A stretch of DNA of 64,000 bases from an uncultured Planctomycetaceae bacterium (GCA_963815195.1 CAWFGE010000022.1:160001-224000), one strand, 5' to 3'; positions 20,414 to 30,522 are shown, counted from the first letter of the stretch. The notes: a model not told the origin generated them from the sequence alone. A program made the numbers and translations.

Positions 20414-21415
20414 GTGCATCGGGCGATTCTGGAAGCTTGCTTGCCCTCGTTGGCCGCGCTTGTGGTCTCGCTGGGATTGCTCGCGGCGATCGTTCGAGTG
20501 TGCGGCCGGGGGATTTCCAGCCGGCAGGTTTGGGAGCGGCTGAAGACGTTGCACCATTGCCAGCAGGGGGCGGTGCAGAGTCTGTCGTTTGTCCTTACGG
20601 TGCCGTTTTTTATTGTGATTTGCATGTTCATCGTGCAGGTCAGCCAGTTGATGATCGGCGTGATGGTCGTGCATTATGCGGCGTATGCGTCCGCGCGGGC
20701 CGCGGTGGTGTGGATTCCCGCCCAAGTGGACGACCTCCCGCAAAACAAGCTCGGACCGCCGATCACCACGAGTTCGCCGGTTGTGCTGCGAGGCGACGGG
20801 GCCCTCGTGCGGGAGAATTTCAAGCACCGCAAGATTTTCGAGGCCGCCGCTTTGGCGTGTGCTCCGATTTCGCCTTCGCGGAACGTCGGCTACGTCCCGA
20901 ACGATCTCAGCCGGGGCCCCGCGGTGGTGATGAAGGAGCTTTATCAAACGCTCTGGCCGGAGTCGGCGGAAAATCCCCGCATTCCCAATCGGATCGACAA
21001 TAAGCTGGCTTACAGTTTTCAGAACACGGCCGTGCGGGTGGAGTTTCGCGACAAGAACACGCGGACCGGTCCGACGTACAATCCCCGCGTGCCGGTGCGG
21101 AACCCGCAAACCGGGGGCGTGCTCCGGGACCAGTCCGGGCAGGTGGTCCGGTCTTGGGACCCGCACGAAGTCGGCTGGGAGGATCCGGTGCGGGTCGTGG
21201 TCACGCACGAGTTCGCGCTGTTGCCGGGGCCGGGCCGGGTGCTGGCGAAGCATCTCGTCCGCAGCGACCATCAGCCCGACCGCGTGGCCGAGCGGATCGA
21301 CCGCCGCCGCACGCCCGGCCGCGAGAAGATTTACACGACTTCGATCGTCGCCTCCGCCACGCTGACCAATGAAGGTTTCGAGTCGGTGATGCCCTATGTG
21401 CAAGATTCATATTGA
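20414..21415 (+). CDS. TadE-like pseudopilin
   Basis: QQGAVQSLSFVLTVPFF..QLMIG..VHYAAYASARAAVVW; GAGGAG RBS; Tad context. Confidence 0.75.
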   Translation: MHRAILEACLPSLAALVVSLGLLAAIVRVCGRGISSRQVWERLKTLHHCQQGAVQSLSFVLTVPFFIVICMFIVQVSQLMIGVMVVHYAAYASARAAVVWIPAQVDDLPQNKLGPPITTSSPVVLRGDGALVRENFKHRKIFEAAALACAPISPSRNVGYVPNDLSRGPAVVMKELYQTLWPESAENPRIPNRIDNKLAYSFQNTAVRVEFRDKNTRTGPTYNPRVPVRNPQTGGVLRDQSGQVVRSWDPHEVGWEDPVRVVVTHEFALLPGPGRVLAKHLVRSDHQPDRVAERIDRRRTPGREKIYTTSIVASATLTNEGFESVMPYVQDSY

Positions 21416-23079
21416 CGTTCAACAAGATTCCCAAGCCGACCGCTTGCGGTCGGAGTCCGACGCCAAGGCGTCGGCTTGGGGCGTTGCGCGATTTGCATCC
21501 TCCTTGCGAAACTTCGCGAGCCGGGTGCATCGGTGCGAGCGGGGCGTGCTGTCGATCACCTCGGTGTTTGCGCTGTTTGTGTTTACGATTTTGCTGATCA
21601 TGATCGTCAACGTCGCGACGCATCTGGACGACAAGATCAACCGCCAGAACGCGGCCGACGCCTCGGCGTACTCCGGCGGCGTGGTCCTCGCGCGGGGCAT
21701 GAACACGATCAGCTACACGAACCATCTGCTGACGGACGTGTTCGCGGTCACGGCATTTTTGCGCGAGGGCCGAAATCGCCAATCCGAACAGATCGCCCCG
21801 GAGATCCTCGACGAATGGGAACGCACCGGGCAGCGGTTCACCGCAGTCTGAGTTTCAAAAGTTCCAATTGCTCGGCCAGGCGATCCTCAAAAAGTCCGCC
21901 CGAAAGCCTTTGGGCAAAGATCGGCGGCTGGTGAAGGCGTTCGGCAACCTGACGGCGGCGGCGTCCGATTTTGCGCTGCCGGTGTTCGAGTACATCCTGC
22001 GAGGCGATTCGCCGATGGGTCAAAATCAGCCGGGCGCCAAACCCGCGGCCAATCCAGAGGGCGGGTTGATCCCGCAGTTTCAGCGGCAGGTGATCCGCAT
22101 GATTCCCGCACTCGCGCAGCAGGTGACGAACGACATCGCCTGGCGGCACGGGCTCGCGAACCGCGACCTCAAAAACCTGCCCGCACCGCCCCGCGCGGAG
22201 CAGAACGGCCGCGGCCCTCAAGCGGGGATGCTCTGGCGAATGTCCGCGCGGCCGGCGGGCTTTCCCGACGAACAAGACCCGCTCGCGCGGACGCTGCCGA
22301 TCGTCGATCCCAGCCCGATGGCCGCCGACTTCCACGGCGTTCCCAACGCTGCCGAGTATTTTAAAATGGCGACGCTCCAGCGGGAGGAGTTGGCCCGGCA
22401 TTATTTGGAGATTTGGACCGGGGACAAATTGCAGCTTTTCGACCGCACGGCGCAGATGTCGCGGTTCAGCCATCTCTGGCGAATCTTCACCTGTGCGGAG
22501 TTGGAGCATTTGCTCAACGAGGAATATCCGCAAACGAACCTGCCGATGATGATCCGCTTCACCGACGCGGGCGGCGATTGGGACACGCTTCGCCAAAAAG
22601 GCCGCCCGCGGGACATCAACCGCAACCTGGAGCGGGATTTTCAGTTTTTGGGCGTGGTGTATCGCGATCATCAAAAAGAAAACGGGCCGGGGCTGTTTAA
22701 GAACCCGCTGAAAAAGCGATCCGACGCCCAGACATTCGCGCAGATCTCGCTGTTTCTGCCCCGGCCGAGGCGGGTGCTGTCGAACGGGCAGCAGAGTCCA
22801 CAACAGAGCCTGGGCGGGACGTTCGGGTTTTCGAGCAACATCGCGTTGCCTCCGCCGCCGGCTCCGGGCAGCATCCGCCCCGAGGAGGAGCGTTGGCCGA
22901 GGGAGAATTGGCCTTGGCATTGGGATCTGCTCAACCAGAACTGGACGGTGAAGATCGTCCCCGCCACCGCGGCCGCCGTTCCCAGAATCCTGCAAACCCC
23001 GCCGCCCGGCGGCAGCCTGCGCCCGCCCAACCTGGGAGCCGCGGGCATTCAGCAGCTCAACCGCGTGAACACGCATTGA
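21396..23079 (+). CDS. TadG-like pilus assembly protein (frameshift near 21845; start uncertain)
   Basis: ERGVLSITSVF..QNAADASAYSG..LARGMN motif; continues in ORF 21868..23079. Confidence 0.7.
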
Positions 23080-23109
23080 GCGGTGTGCCTGTCAGCCAGT
23101 ACTTCAATT

Positions 23110-23217
23110 GCCCCAACGGGGCAAAACAAAGCCAGCCTGGGGCGAAGCAACGCGGCGACAGCCGTAAGCGGAGCCCCAGGTTCGTGACGGGAAACCAATC
23201 TAGGCCCTGAAGGGGCC
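23110..23217. repeat. REP-like hairpin cluster (GCCCCAACGGGGC ... CCTGGGGC/GCCCCAGG ... GGCCCTGAAGGGGCC)
   Basis: Three short GC hairpins between convergent genes. Confidence 0.65.
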
Positions 23218-23226
23218 AGACAAATC

Positions 23227-23852
23227 CTAGGGTTGATTTTGAGGCTGGATTGCCGTCGATTCTGTCGAATCGATGTTTCCCTCATCGACGAACATATCGA
23301 TTTTCAAATAAGGTTCCCCGGATTCAGGATCGCAGGGCAATTTTGTCGAGGCAAGCTGGAGCAAGTTCAATTGATTGAAGAGAACTTCATTAAACGTTTT
23401 GACGACGCCCCGCGCAATCGATTCATCATTTTCCGCCAATTCCGCCATGCGGCAAAGTTCGCGATGAATCGCAAAGGCGTGAGACTTGATGCGATCCAAA
23501 CCGGTGAGACCTCGATTCGAAAATCCCACGTGCAAGTCCCGATCCATCGCCCGCGCGTAGGCTTCCAATTCGCTGATTCGCAGCTCGCCGTCCTCGCCGT
23601 TCTCGATCTTGGACACTCGGCTCTGCGAACAATCGAGTTGTTCCGCGATCTCCGCTTGGGAAATCCCCTTCGCCGCGCGCAACGCATGCAAAGCCTTCAC
23701 CAGCCGCGCTTCGAAATTTGTTCTTCGAGTGCCCGGTTGAAAGCCTCATCGTCCGAGATGTCGCGAATCATCTCCCGAACCGAGTTGTACTGCGGATTTT
23801 CAGAAATTGAGTTGTCGGCCGCGGTAATCTGACCGCGGAAACGTTGAGCCAT
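23227..23852 (-). CDS. Xre/HigA-like HTH antitoxin or regulator (frameshift near 23705)
   Basis: LRAAKGISQAEIAEQLDCSQSRVSKIENG HTH. The N-terminal part MAQRFRGQ..EEQISKR is in the adjacent frame, with an AGGAGA RBS before ATG 23852. Confidence 0.8.
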
Positions 23853-24090
23853 TGCGATTCTCCTGTGACCCGGAGCGGGTGCTTCAATGGGGCCGCGGTC
23901 ATTCAACCGCGGAAAGTTGCAGTCGTTAAGGCCCTGCACAGCCTTTGTCTTGAGATCCAACCGTCAACCACCAATCCAACACTTGGTGGTTGGTCGTTAT
24001 GAGCTTCAACCGGCCGTGGTCATTCAACCGCGGAAACAATTTTGTGGATGCCGAAGCTCTTCATGGCATCCTGTTCAATGGGGCCGCGGT
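23807..24090 (-). CRISPR. Degenerate mini CRISPR array with type I-G-like repeats; no cas genes in the window
   Basis: Best copy 23881..23916 reads CTTTCCGCGGTTGAATGACCGCGGCCCCATTGAAGC on the minus strand (36 nt, CCGCGGT/ACCGCGG stem, ATTGAAGC 3' end). Other copies: 24003..24037, 23807..23842 (degenerate) and a half copy at 24072..24090. Gaps are 38, 86 and 34 nt. Confidence 0.75.
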
Positions 24091-24121
24091 TTTTGGATAA
24101 GAAAAGTGCGTTCAGCCGCCA

Positions 24122-24517
24122 TTATTCTTCCAACGACTCATCCGATTTTTCCTGCACTTCGGAAGCTTTCTCCGCTAACAAGGAATCGACAAAGTGTTTA
24201 CAGAATCGGATGTCGTCGGATTGGCTGTTTTTGTCGCCCAACGTGATCAAATGCAAAGTTTCTGATTCCTCGTCCGGATAAATGTAGAGCCGGAATTCTT
24301 TAAGGTGGGATCCTTTTCCCTTTTGGTCGATCGCCAAAACCCCAGACGGTTCGGGATGAATAAATCCTCGGTGGATTTGCCCGGAGGACGCGCCGGCCTC
24401 GAGGCATTTGAAAAATGTGTCCAAGTTGTCAAAAACATTCTGCAACTCGCGAGAATGTTTCTTCTGGTGCTTTTTCACCCGTTTTTCAATATCGGGCGTG
24501 GGCGACAACTTCCACAT
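24122..24517 (-). CDS. RelE/HigB-like toxin
   Basis: 131 aa; KEFRLYIY..LHLITLGDKNSQSDDI resembles the GDKxxQxxDI motif of HigB-type killers; toxin-first order with a downstream HTH gene. Confidence 0.7.
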   Translation of the reverse strand: MWKLSPTPDIEKRVKKHQKKHSRELQNVFDNLDTFFKCLEAGASSGQIHRGFIHPEPSGVLAIDQKGKGSHLKEFRLYIYPDEESETLHLITLGDKNSQSDDIRFCKHFVDSLLAEKASEVQEKSDESLEE

Positions 24518-24962
24518 GGGATTATATCATAGAGGAATAGTTTCGGCAATAAAAACACCGAAATCTCCAAAGATTATTCTTTTTTGGAATATGTTGTCAA
24601 TGACTGATGGATTGTAATAATCCCCGAAGAACCCATCTCAGCAGGAATATCTGCCATGTCCAAGCCAACCTTCCCGCGGCGTTTTTCAACCGTAGCGGAT
24701 TTTGAACTGCTGACAGGCGGCCGGTCCTTCGATGTGGTCCAGGTTGCCCCTGAAATTCATAATCCTTAAAACTCCCCAAGAGATTGCCCCCGGCGATGCG
24801 GAACTCATCATCCGTGTTGAAGATGAGGTGATTCATCGGCAGATTGCTCTGCCAAATGGATCAACCCCAACAATGCGCCGAGTCCCCATCCAACGTTATT
24901 AATTGGAAAAATCGGCAAAACGCGACATAACCATAGATCAGTTGCGAGGCAGTGTCAATTTC

Positions 24963-26015
24963 CTAGGCCGGCACCTGTTGGGTCAGGCAATGAAAGGCTC
25001 CCAGGCCCCAGATGAGGTCGCAGCAGTCGATGCCGATGACCCGGCGGCCGGGGAAAAGGTTGATGAGGATTTCGTGGGCCTCGTGATCCCGCGGGCCTCC
25101 ATAAAACGGAAGCAGCACAACCGTGTTCGCAATGTAGAAATTCGCGTAGCTCGCGGGCAGGCGTTCGCCTTCGTATTCCACCGGGAGGGGCATCGGGAGT
25201 TCCACAATCTCTAAAGGTCGGTCGCCTGCCAGCCGAAACGTCTTCAGGCGGGCGAGGTTTTTCTGGAGCGGCTCGTAGTTTTCATCATTCGGATTTCCTT
25301 CGACGGCCGTGACCACGGTGGTCGGATTCACGAATCGCGTGATGTCGTCGATGTGCCCGTCGGTGTCGTCGCCGACGATGCCATCGCCCAGCCAGAGAAT
25401 TTGCTCGACTCCCAAATGATCTTTGAGAAGCTGTTCGATCTGTGCCTTCGAGAGTTCGGGGTTGCGGTTGGGGTTGAGCAGGCAGGACTCGGTGGTGAGG
25501 AGCGTGCCCTCGCCGTTGGTGTCGATCGATCCGCCTTCCAAAACCCAAGGGATTTCGATCCGCGGCACGTTGAGGAAATCCGCCATGCCCGCGGGCACGC
25601 GGTTGTCCAGATCGTAAGGCGGATATTTGTCGCCCCAGGCGTTGTACTTCCAATCGAGGGCACAGAGTTTTGGGGATTCGCTGCGCTTCACGAAGATCGC
25701 CCCGTGGTCCCGGCACCAGGCATCGTTGGTGGGCAGGCGATGAAACACGACCTGCCCCAACTTACCCTGTTCGGCCAGAAGCCGGCGGGCCTCGGCTTCC
25801 ATCCTGTCATCGTTTACGTTGACGTGCACCGTTTCCGACCGCGACAACTCGGCGACCATGCAGGCGAAGACCGGTTTGATCGTCTCGATCTTCCCCGGCC
25901 AAGAGGTTTCCTTATGCGGCCACGAGACCCACGTCGCCTGGTGCGGCTCCCACTCCGCGGGCATGCGGTAGCCTTGTTCCCGCGGCGTGGTTTTGACTTC
26001 AGTTTGGGTCGTCAT
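24963..26015 (-). CDS. aguA: Agmatine deiminase
   Basis: RMPAEWEPH, DAWCRDHG, LEGGSI, DDTDGHID, ASYANF, GAFHCLTQQ. Confidence 0.92.
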   Translation of the reverse strand: MTTQTEVKTTPREQGYRMPAEWEPHQATWVSWPHKETSWPGKIETIKPVFACMVAELSRSETVHVNVNDDRMEAEARRLLAEQGKLGQVVFHRLPTNDAWCRDHGAIFVKRSESPKLCALDWKYNAWGDKYPPYDLDNRVPAGMADFLNVPRIEIPWVLEGGSIDTNGEGTLLTTESCLLNPNRNPELSKAQIEQLLKDHLGVEQILWLGDGIVGDDTDGHIDDITRFVNPTTVVTAVEGNPNDENYEPLQKNLARLKTFRLAGDRPLEIVELPMPLPVEYEGERLPASYANFYIANTVVLLPFYGGPRDHEAHEILINLFPGRRVIGIDCCDLIWGLGAFHCLTQQVPA

Positions 26016-26017
26016 GG

Positions 26018-26911
26018 TTACGAGCCTTCGTCGAGATACCGCCGGGTCAACTCGCCGTAGGCATCGATCCGCCGATCCCGCAGGAACGGCCAATGGGTTC
26101 GGCTGACATCGAGCTGCCGGAGGTCCAATTCCTGAATCAGCACCTCTTCGTTCTGGGCGCCGGCTCTGGCTAAGATCTCTCCCGTCGGACTCGCGTGAAA
26201 ACTCTGGCCCCAAAACTCGATCCCGCCGCCGGGTTCGCCTTCGTGTCCAGAGCGGTTGGCCGCGCACACATAGCAGCCGTTGGCGATGGCGTGCGAGCGC
26301 TGGATGAGTTCCCAACTCTCGTGCTGGGCCTCGCCGTGGCCGGCCTTTTCGGAAGGATGCCAGCCGATGGCCGTGGGATAAAACAGCACGTCCGCCCCGC
26401 GCATGGCGGTGAGCCGGGCGGCTTCGGGGAACCATTGATCCCAGCAAATCAAGACCCCCACGCGGGCGTACCGCGTGTCGAACACCTTGAATCCCAGATC
26501 GCCCGGCGTGAAGTAGAACTTCTCGTAAAACAGCGGATCGTCGGGGATGTGCATCTTGCGGTACTTGCCGAGGTAGGTCCCGTCCGCATCCAACACCGCG
26601 GCGGTGTTGTGATAGAGGCCTTCCGCCCGCTTCTCGAACAGGCTGGCGACGAGCACGATTTCCAACTCCGCCGCGAGCTTTGACAACCGCTGGGTGCTCG
26701 GGCCGGGAATCGGCTCGGCCCATTGAAAGTTTGCGTGATCTTCCGTCTGGCAGAAATACTGCGTGCGGAACAATTCCGGCAGGCAGACGATCTTCGCCCC
26801 CTCCGCCGCCGCCTGGCGAACGAGCGAAACTGCCTTTTCAAAATTCTGCCCCGCGTCGGTGCCCATTTCCATCTGCACCAACCCCACGGCGACCGTCTTA
26901 CGTTCCGGCAT
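26018..26911 (-). CDS. aguB: Carbon-nitrogen hydrolase, probable N-carbamoylputrescine amidase
   Basis: LPELF, YRKMHIPDDP..YEKFYF, ICWDQWFPE triad motifs; adjacent to aguA. Confidence 0.85.
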   Translation of the reverse strand: MPERKTVAVGLVQMEMGTDAGQNFEKAVSLVRQAAAEGAKIVCLPELFRTQYFCQTEDHANFQWAEPIPGPSTQRLSKLAAELEIVLVASLFEKRAEGLYHNTAAVLDADGTYLGKYRKMHIPDDPLFYEKFYFTPGDLGFKVFDTRYARVGVLICWDQWFPEAARLTAMRGADVLFYPTAIGWHPSEKAGHGEAQHESWELIQRSHAIANGCYVCAANRSGHEGEPGGGIEFWGQSFHASPTGEILARAGAQNEEVLIQELDLRQLDVSRTHWPFLRDRRIDAYGELTRRYLDEGS

Positions 26912-26942
26912 TGTTTTGGTTGTTCCTCAATAATCTGTTTCC

Positions 26943-27026
26943 AAAGAGCCGCGCACGAAGTAAGCGGTTTTTGATTTCCCGACCGCTTACTGCGTGCGCG
27001 GCTCTTTGATGCGTGCGCGGCTCTTT
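26943..27026. repeat. REP-like inverted repeat (GAGCCGCGCACGAAGTAAGCGG family) with a duplicated right end
   Basis: aaagagccgcgcacgaagtaagcgg ... ccgcttactgcgtgcgcggctcttt; second copy at 36784..36856. Confidence 0.8.
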
Positions 27027-27136
27027 TGCGTCTCGAAAATCCGCCGGTCCGCTTGTGATCTAAGGGCGATTTCGGTTCAATCATCTGAGTGAACCATCAA
27101 AAGTCAATATGTCCCAATCAAATTTGAGGTGACTTC

Positions 27137-28213
27137 ATGAAAATCAACATGCATCATTTCCTGGCCTGTGGCTGTTTGGCCCTTCTTTGCGGTTTGGCAG
27201 GCGCGGCGAGCGCGGCGGACGGGGTTTGGACCGATCCCAAGGACTCCACGCTGCCGGCGGATTTCCAGATTCAAGGCGAATACGTCGGGCAGACGCAAAA
27301 GGGCGACAAACTTGCGGCGCAGGTGATCGCCTTGGGGAACGGGGCGTTTCAAGCAGTGTTTCTTCCCGGCGGACTTCCCGGCGCCGGTTGGGACGGCGAA
27401 CACAAATCCTTGCTGGCCGGGGAACTAAAAGATGACGGCTCCGCCACGTTCACCACCGCCACCGGCAACCGGAAATATCTCGCCAAGGATCCCAAAGAGT
27501 TTTCCGCCACGTCCAAGTTTCCGCCCGCCGGCCAAAAGGAAGGCCAAGCCGTGATCCGCGATGGCAAGCTCTCCGGCCAATTCGGGGATGAGGCGGAGTT
27601 CACCCTGCGGAAGACCACTCGCAAAAGCGACACGATGGGCAAAAAGCCGCCCGAAGGAGGGATCGTCCTCTTCGGCGGCAAGAACACCGACCACTGGACC
27701 GGCGGGCGGCTGGATGAGAAGACCGGCTACTTGAACACCGACGGCCACGACATTCTCACCAAGCAGAAGTTCAACGACTACACCATGCACCTGGAGTTCC
27801 TCTTGCCGTACCGCCCCGACGCCCGCGGGCAGGGCCGGGGGAACAGCGGGTTCTATCAGGTCGATCATTACGAAGTGCAGATTCTGGATTCCTTCGGACT
27901 CGAAGGCAAAAACAACGAGTGCGGCGGCGTCTATCAGTTGGCCGACCCCAAGGTCAATATGTGCCTGCCGCCTTTGGTTTGGCAAACCTATGATGTGGAG
28001 TTCACGAACGCCAAGACCGGCGAGAACGGCCAAGTCACCGCGCCCGCGAAAATGACGCTCAAACACAACGGCGTGATCGTCCACAAGGACCTGGAGCTCA
28101 AACAAAAAACCGGCGGCTCCCGCGGCGAACCCATCGGCACGCCCGGCCCGATCAAACTCCAAGGCCACGGCAACCCGCTCCAGTTCCGCAACATCTGGAT
28201 CGTCGAGAAGTAG
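27137..28213 (+). CDS. Secreted DUF1080 (3-keto-disaccharide hydrolase-like) protein
   Basis: Signal peptide; GNSGFY, YEVQILDS, WQTYDV, LQGHGNPLQFRNIWI. Confidence 0.85.
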   Translation: MKINMHHFLACGCLALLCGLAGAASAADGVWTDPKDSTLPADFQIQGEYVGQTQKGDKLAAQVIALGNGAFQAVFLPGGLPGAGWDGEHKSLLAGELKDDGSATFTTATGNRKYLAKDPKEFSATSKFPPAGQKEGQAVIRDGKLSGQFGDEAEFTLRKTTRKSDTMGKKPPEGGIVLFGGKNTDHWTGGRLDEKTGYLNTDGHDILTKQKFNDYTMHLEFLLPYRPDARGQGRGNSGFYQVDHYEVQILDSFGLEGKNNECGGVYQLADPKVNMCLPPLVWQTYDVEFTNAKTGENGQVTAPAKMTLKHNGVIVHKDLELKQKTGGSRGEPIGTPGPIKLQGHGNPLQFRNIWIVEK

Positions 28214-28221
28214 CGCCGATC

Positions 28222-28297
28222 AAAATCCGAAGCACGAAATCCGAAACAAATCCAAAACCCGAATGGAATTTGTTTCGGATTTCGAAATTCGGATTTT
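28222..28297. repeat. Short AAATCCG heptamer palindrome (copy D), possible bidirectional terminator
   Basis: aaaatccgaa..cgaaatccgaaacaaat / atttgtttcggatttcg..ttcggatttt between convergent genes. Confidence 0.8.
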
Positions 28298-28981
28298 CAG
28301 CCCAGGTGGTCTTTGACCCACTGGAAGGCATAGTGCTTCAGTTCGTGCGCGGAGCCGATGCCGAGCTTTTGGCGGATGCGGTCGCGGTAGGTTTCGACGG
28401 TCTTGGGGCTGAGCCGCATGTCCTCGGCGATGGTTTTGATGCTGTGCCCGGACCCGATGCGTTCGAGCACATCGAGTTCGCGGTCGGTTAAGAGTTCGAT
28501 GGGAGACAGCAAATTCGCGTGGCCTTCGCGGACGCCGATGGAGCGGTTGAGCATCCGCTGGATGACCGATTCGGAGGCGAAAATCCGGCCGTCGGCGACT
28601 TCGTGAAGCGCTTCGAGCAGGGTGGCCGCCGCGTTCTGCTTATGAACGTATCCCATCGCCCCGATGTGGAGCGCCCGCTCGGCATAGATCGATTCCTCGT
28701 GCATGGAGGACACGATCACCCGCAGGTCCGGCTCTCGGGCCAGCATCCGCTTGACCAAGTCCAGCCCGTTTCCTTCTTTGAGCGAAATATCGACGATGGC
28801 AATATCGGGCGAGAACTGGTTGAGTTGATTCATTGCTTCCGCGACATCGTCGGCCTCTCCGCAGACCACGAAATTCCTCATCCCCTTGGATTCGCAATCG
28901 AATCCCGTCGCGCACGAGCGGATGGTCGTCCACGATGAGGACGCACGCCGGCCGGGCCAGGCGTTGCTTTTCGGTTGTCAT
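28297..28981 (-). CDS. NarL/LuxR-family response regulator (frameshift near 28872)
   Basis: LIVDDHPLVRDG in one frame; PDIAIVDISL and LTDRELDVL..LSPKTVETYR in the next. Confidence 0.88.
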
Positions 28982-29077
28982 CTTGGAGTGCTCCTCAGAC
29001 TCTGGAACGCTTTCGTCTCACTCATTGGCCGTTTCCAAAAGAAGCATGCCAATGTGGATCTCCCGGCAAGCGTTCTT

Positions 29078-29093
29078 TGCAAAGCCCATGCCA
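29078..29093 (-). promoter_or_regulatory. Putative sigma-54 promoter
   Basis: Minus strand TGGCATGGGCTTTGCA (GG-N10-GC), ~100 bp upstream of the response regulator. Confidence 0.55.
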
Positions 29094-29396
29094 TTGGCGA
29101 ATTGACTTCAAAATCGAATCTCCCTGTCGTCTCTGCTTTTAAGTCGAATGCCCAGTATTTGCGCGCCGGGTGCGGGTGCGTCCATATTATCGAGAACGGC
29201 CGCGGATGGACAGAACAGGCGTTTTCCCCATCGCGGGAGGAGGATCACCGAAGTTTTCCGAACCGCCGATGCGGAGTTTCTCGGAGCCGCGCCAGTCGGC
29301 GCGGGAATTGCGGAAAGACGAATTGGAATCAAAAGCGCCGGGCCGGGCCGGGGCGCGAAGGGAACGCATTGATGATCCGCCTATTTGGGATATCCG

Positions 29397-30513
29397 ATGA
29401 GAAAGTCGAACGGTTTGGTCGAGCGGTTTGGGTTCTGGTCGCTCGTGGCCGTCGTGGTCGCGTTGGGGATTCTGTTCTATCACATTGTTGAGCCGTTTCT
29501 GATTTCGCTGTTGTTTGCGGCCATGCTGTCGGTGCTGTTCCGGCCGCTGTTTCATCGGGCCGTGAAATGGCTCGGCGGACGGCACAAGGCCGCGGCCGGA
29601 CTGACCGCGCTCATCTTGCTGATGATGCTCTTGCCGCTTGCGGGGGCGATGTTTTTAGCCGGGCGCGAGTTGGCGGCGATCGGCCAGGATGTGGTGGAAT
29701 GGAACCCCAACGAGCATCCCCTGGTGAAAGACGTGAAATGGTATTGGAAAAACCATCTCACCGAGGACGAATGGCAGCAGATTCAAGATTCCGTGCAAAA
29801 AGGCGTCGGCGAGATCACGGCGAACATTTTCGACCGCACGCAGGCCTTTCTCTCCAACGTCATCCGCTTTGTCGTCGGGCTGACGATCATGTTTTTGGCC
29901 CTGTATTACTTCTTTGCCGACGGTCCGTTGATCGTCAATACGCTGCGGTCGGTCTCGCCCTTGGAGCCGCACGATGAAGAGGTCGCATTCGAGCAGTTCG
30001 TCTCCGTGTGCCGGGGCGTGATCATCGGCAGCCTGTTGTGCGCGGTCGTGCAGGCCGTGCTTTTGGGCATCGGCCTGGCGATCGCCGGCGTCAGCGGGTT
30101 GTGGCTGCTCTCGGCCTTGACGTTTTTGTTTTCGATGGTTCCCTTTGTCGGGGCCGCGGGCGTGTGGCTGCCGGTGACGCTCTGGCTGTTGTCGGCGGGC
30201 GAATATCCATCGGCGACGTTTCTCGGTCTCTACGGAGCCGGAATTGTTTCCACGTCGGACAACCTGGTCCGCGCTTATGTTCTTAAAGGCTCGTCGAACA
30301 TGCACCCGCTCGTGGGATTGATCAGCGTGATCGGAGCGATCCAGACTCGTGGGGCTGTGGGGCGTCTTTCTGGGGCCGATTGCCGCCGCCCTGTTTTATT
30401 CACTGCTCAAACTCCTCAACATGCGGCTGGCCCGTCCGGACCCCGCGATGGAGGCTGTCCACCAAATCGAAGAGCAATCCCAGCCCGAGTGCTCCCCAAC
30501 CGATTCGGATTGA
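29397..30513 (+). CDS. AI-2E family transporter (frameshift near 30345)
   Basis: LYYFFADG, SMVPFVG, DNLVR, MHPL; the expected GLWGVFLGP tail is in another frame ending at TGA 30513. Confidence 0.82.
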
Positions 30514-30522
30514 AGTCGCAGC

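Noticed and set aside
24038..24071. Spacer targeting the toxin promoter (CreA-like autorepression)
   Set aside because: By eye only a ~7-nt match (TTCGGCA near 24542) was found, which is not significant; needs a computed search.
24963..26723. 586-aa extended or fused agmatine deiminase
   Set aside because: The extension overlaps aguB in another frame; the real start is ATG 26015.
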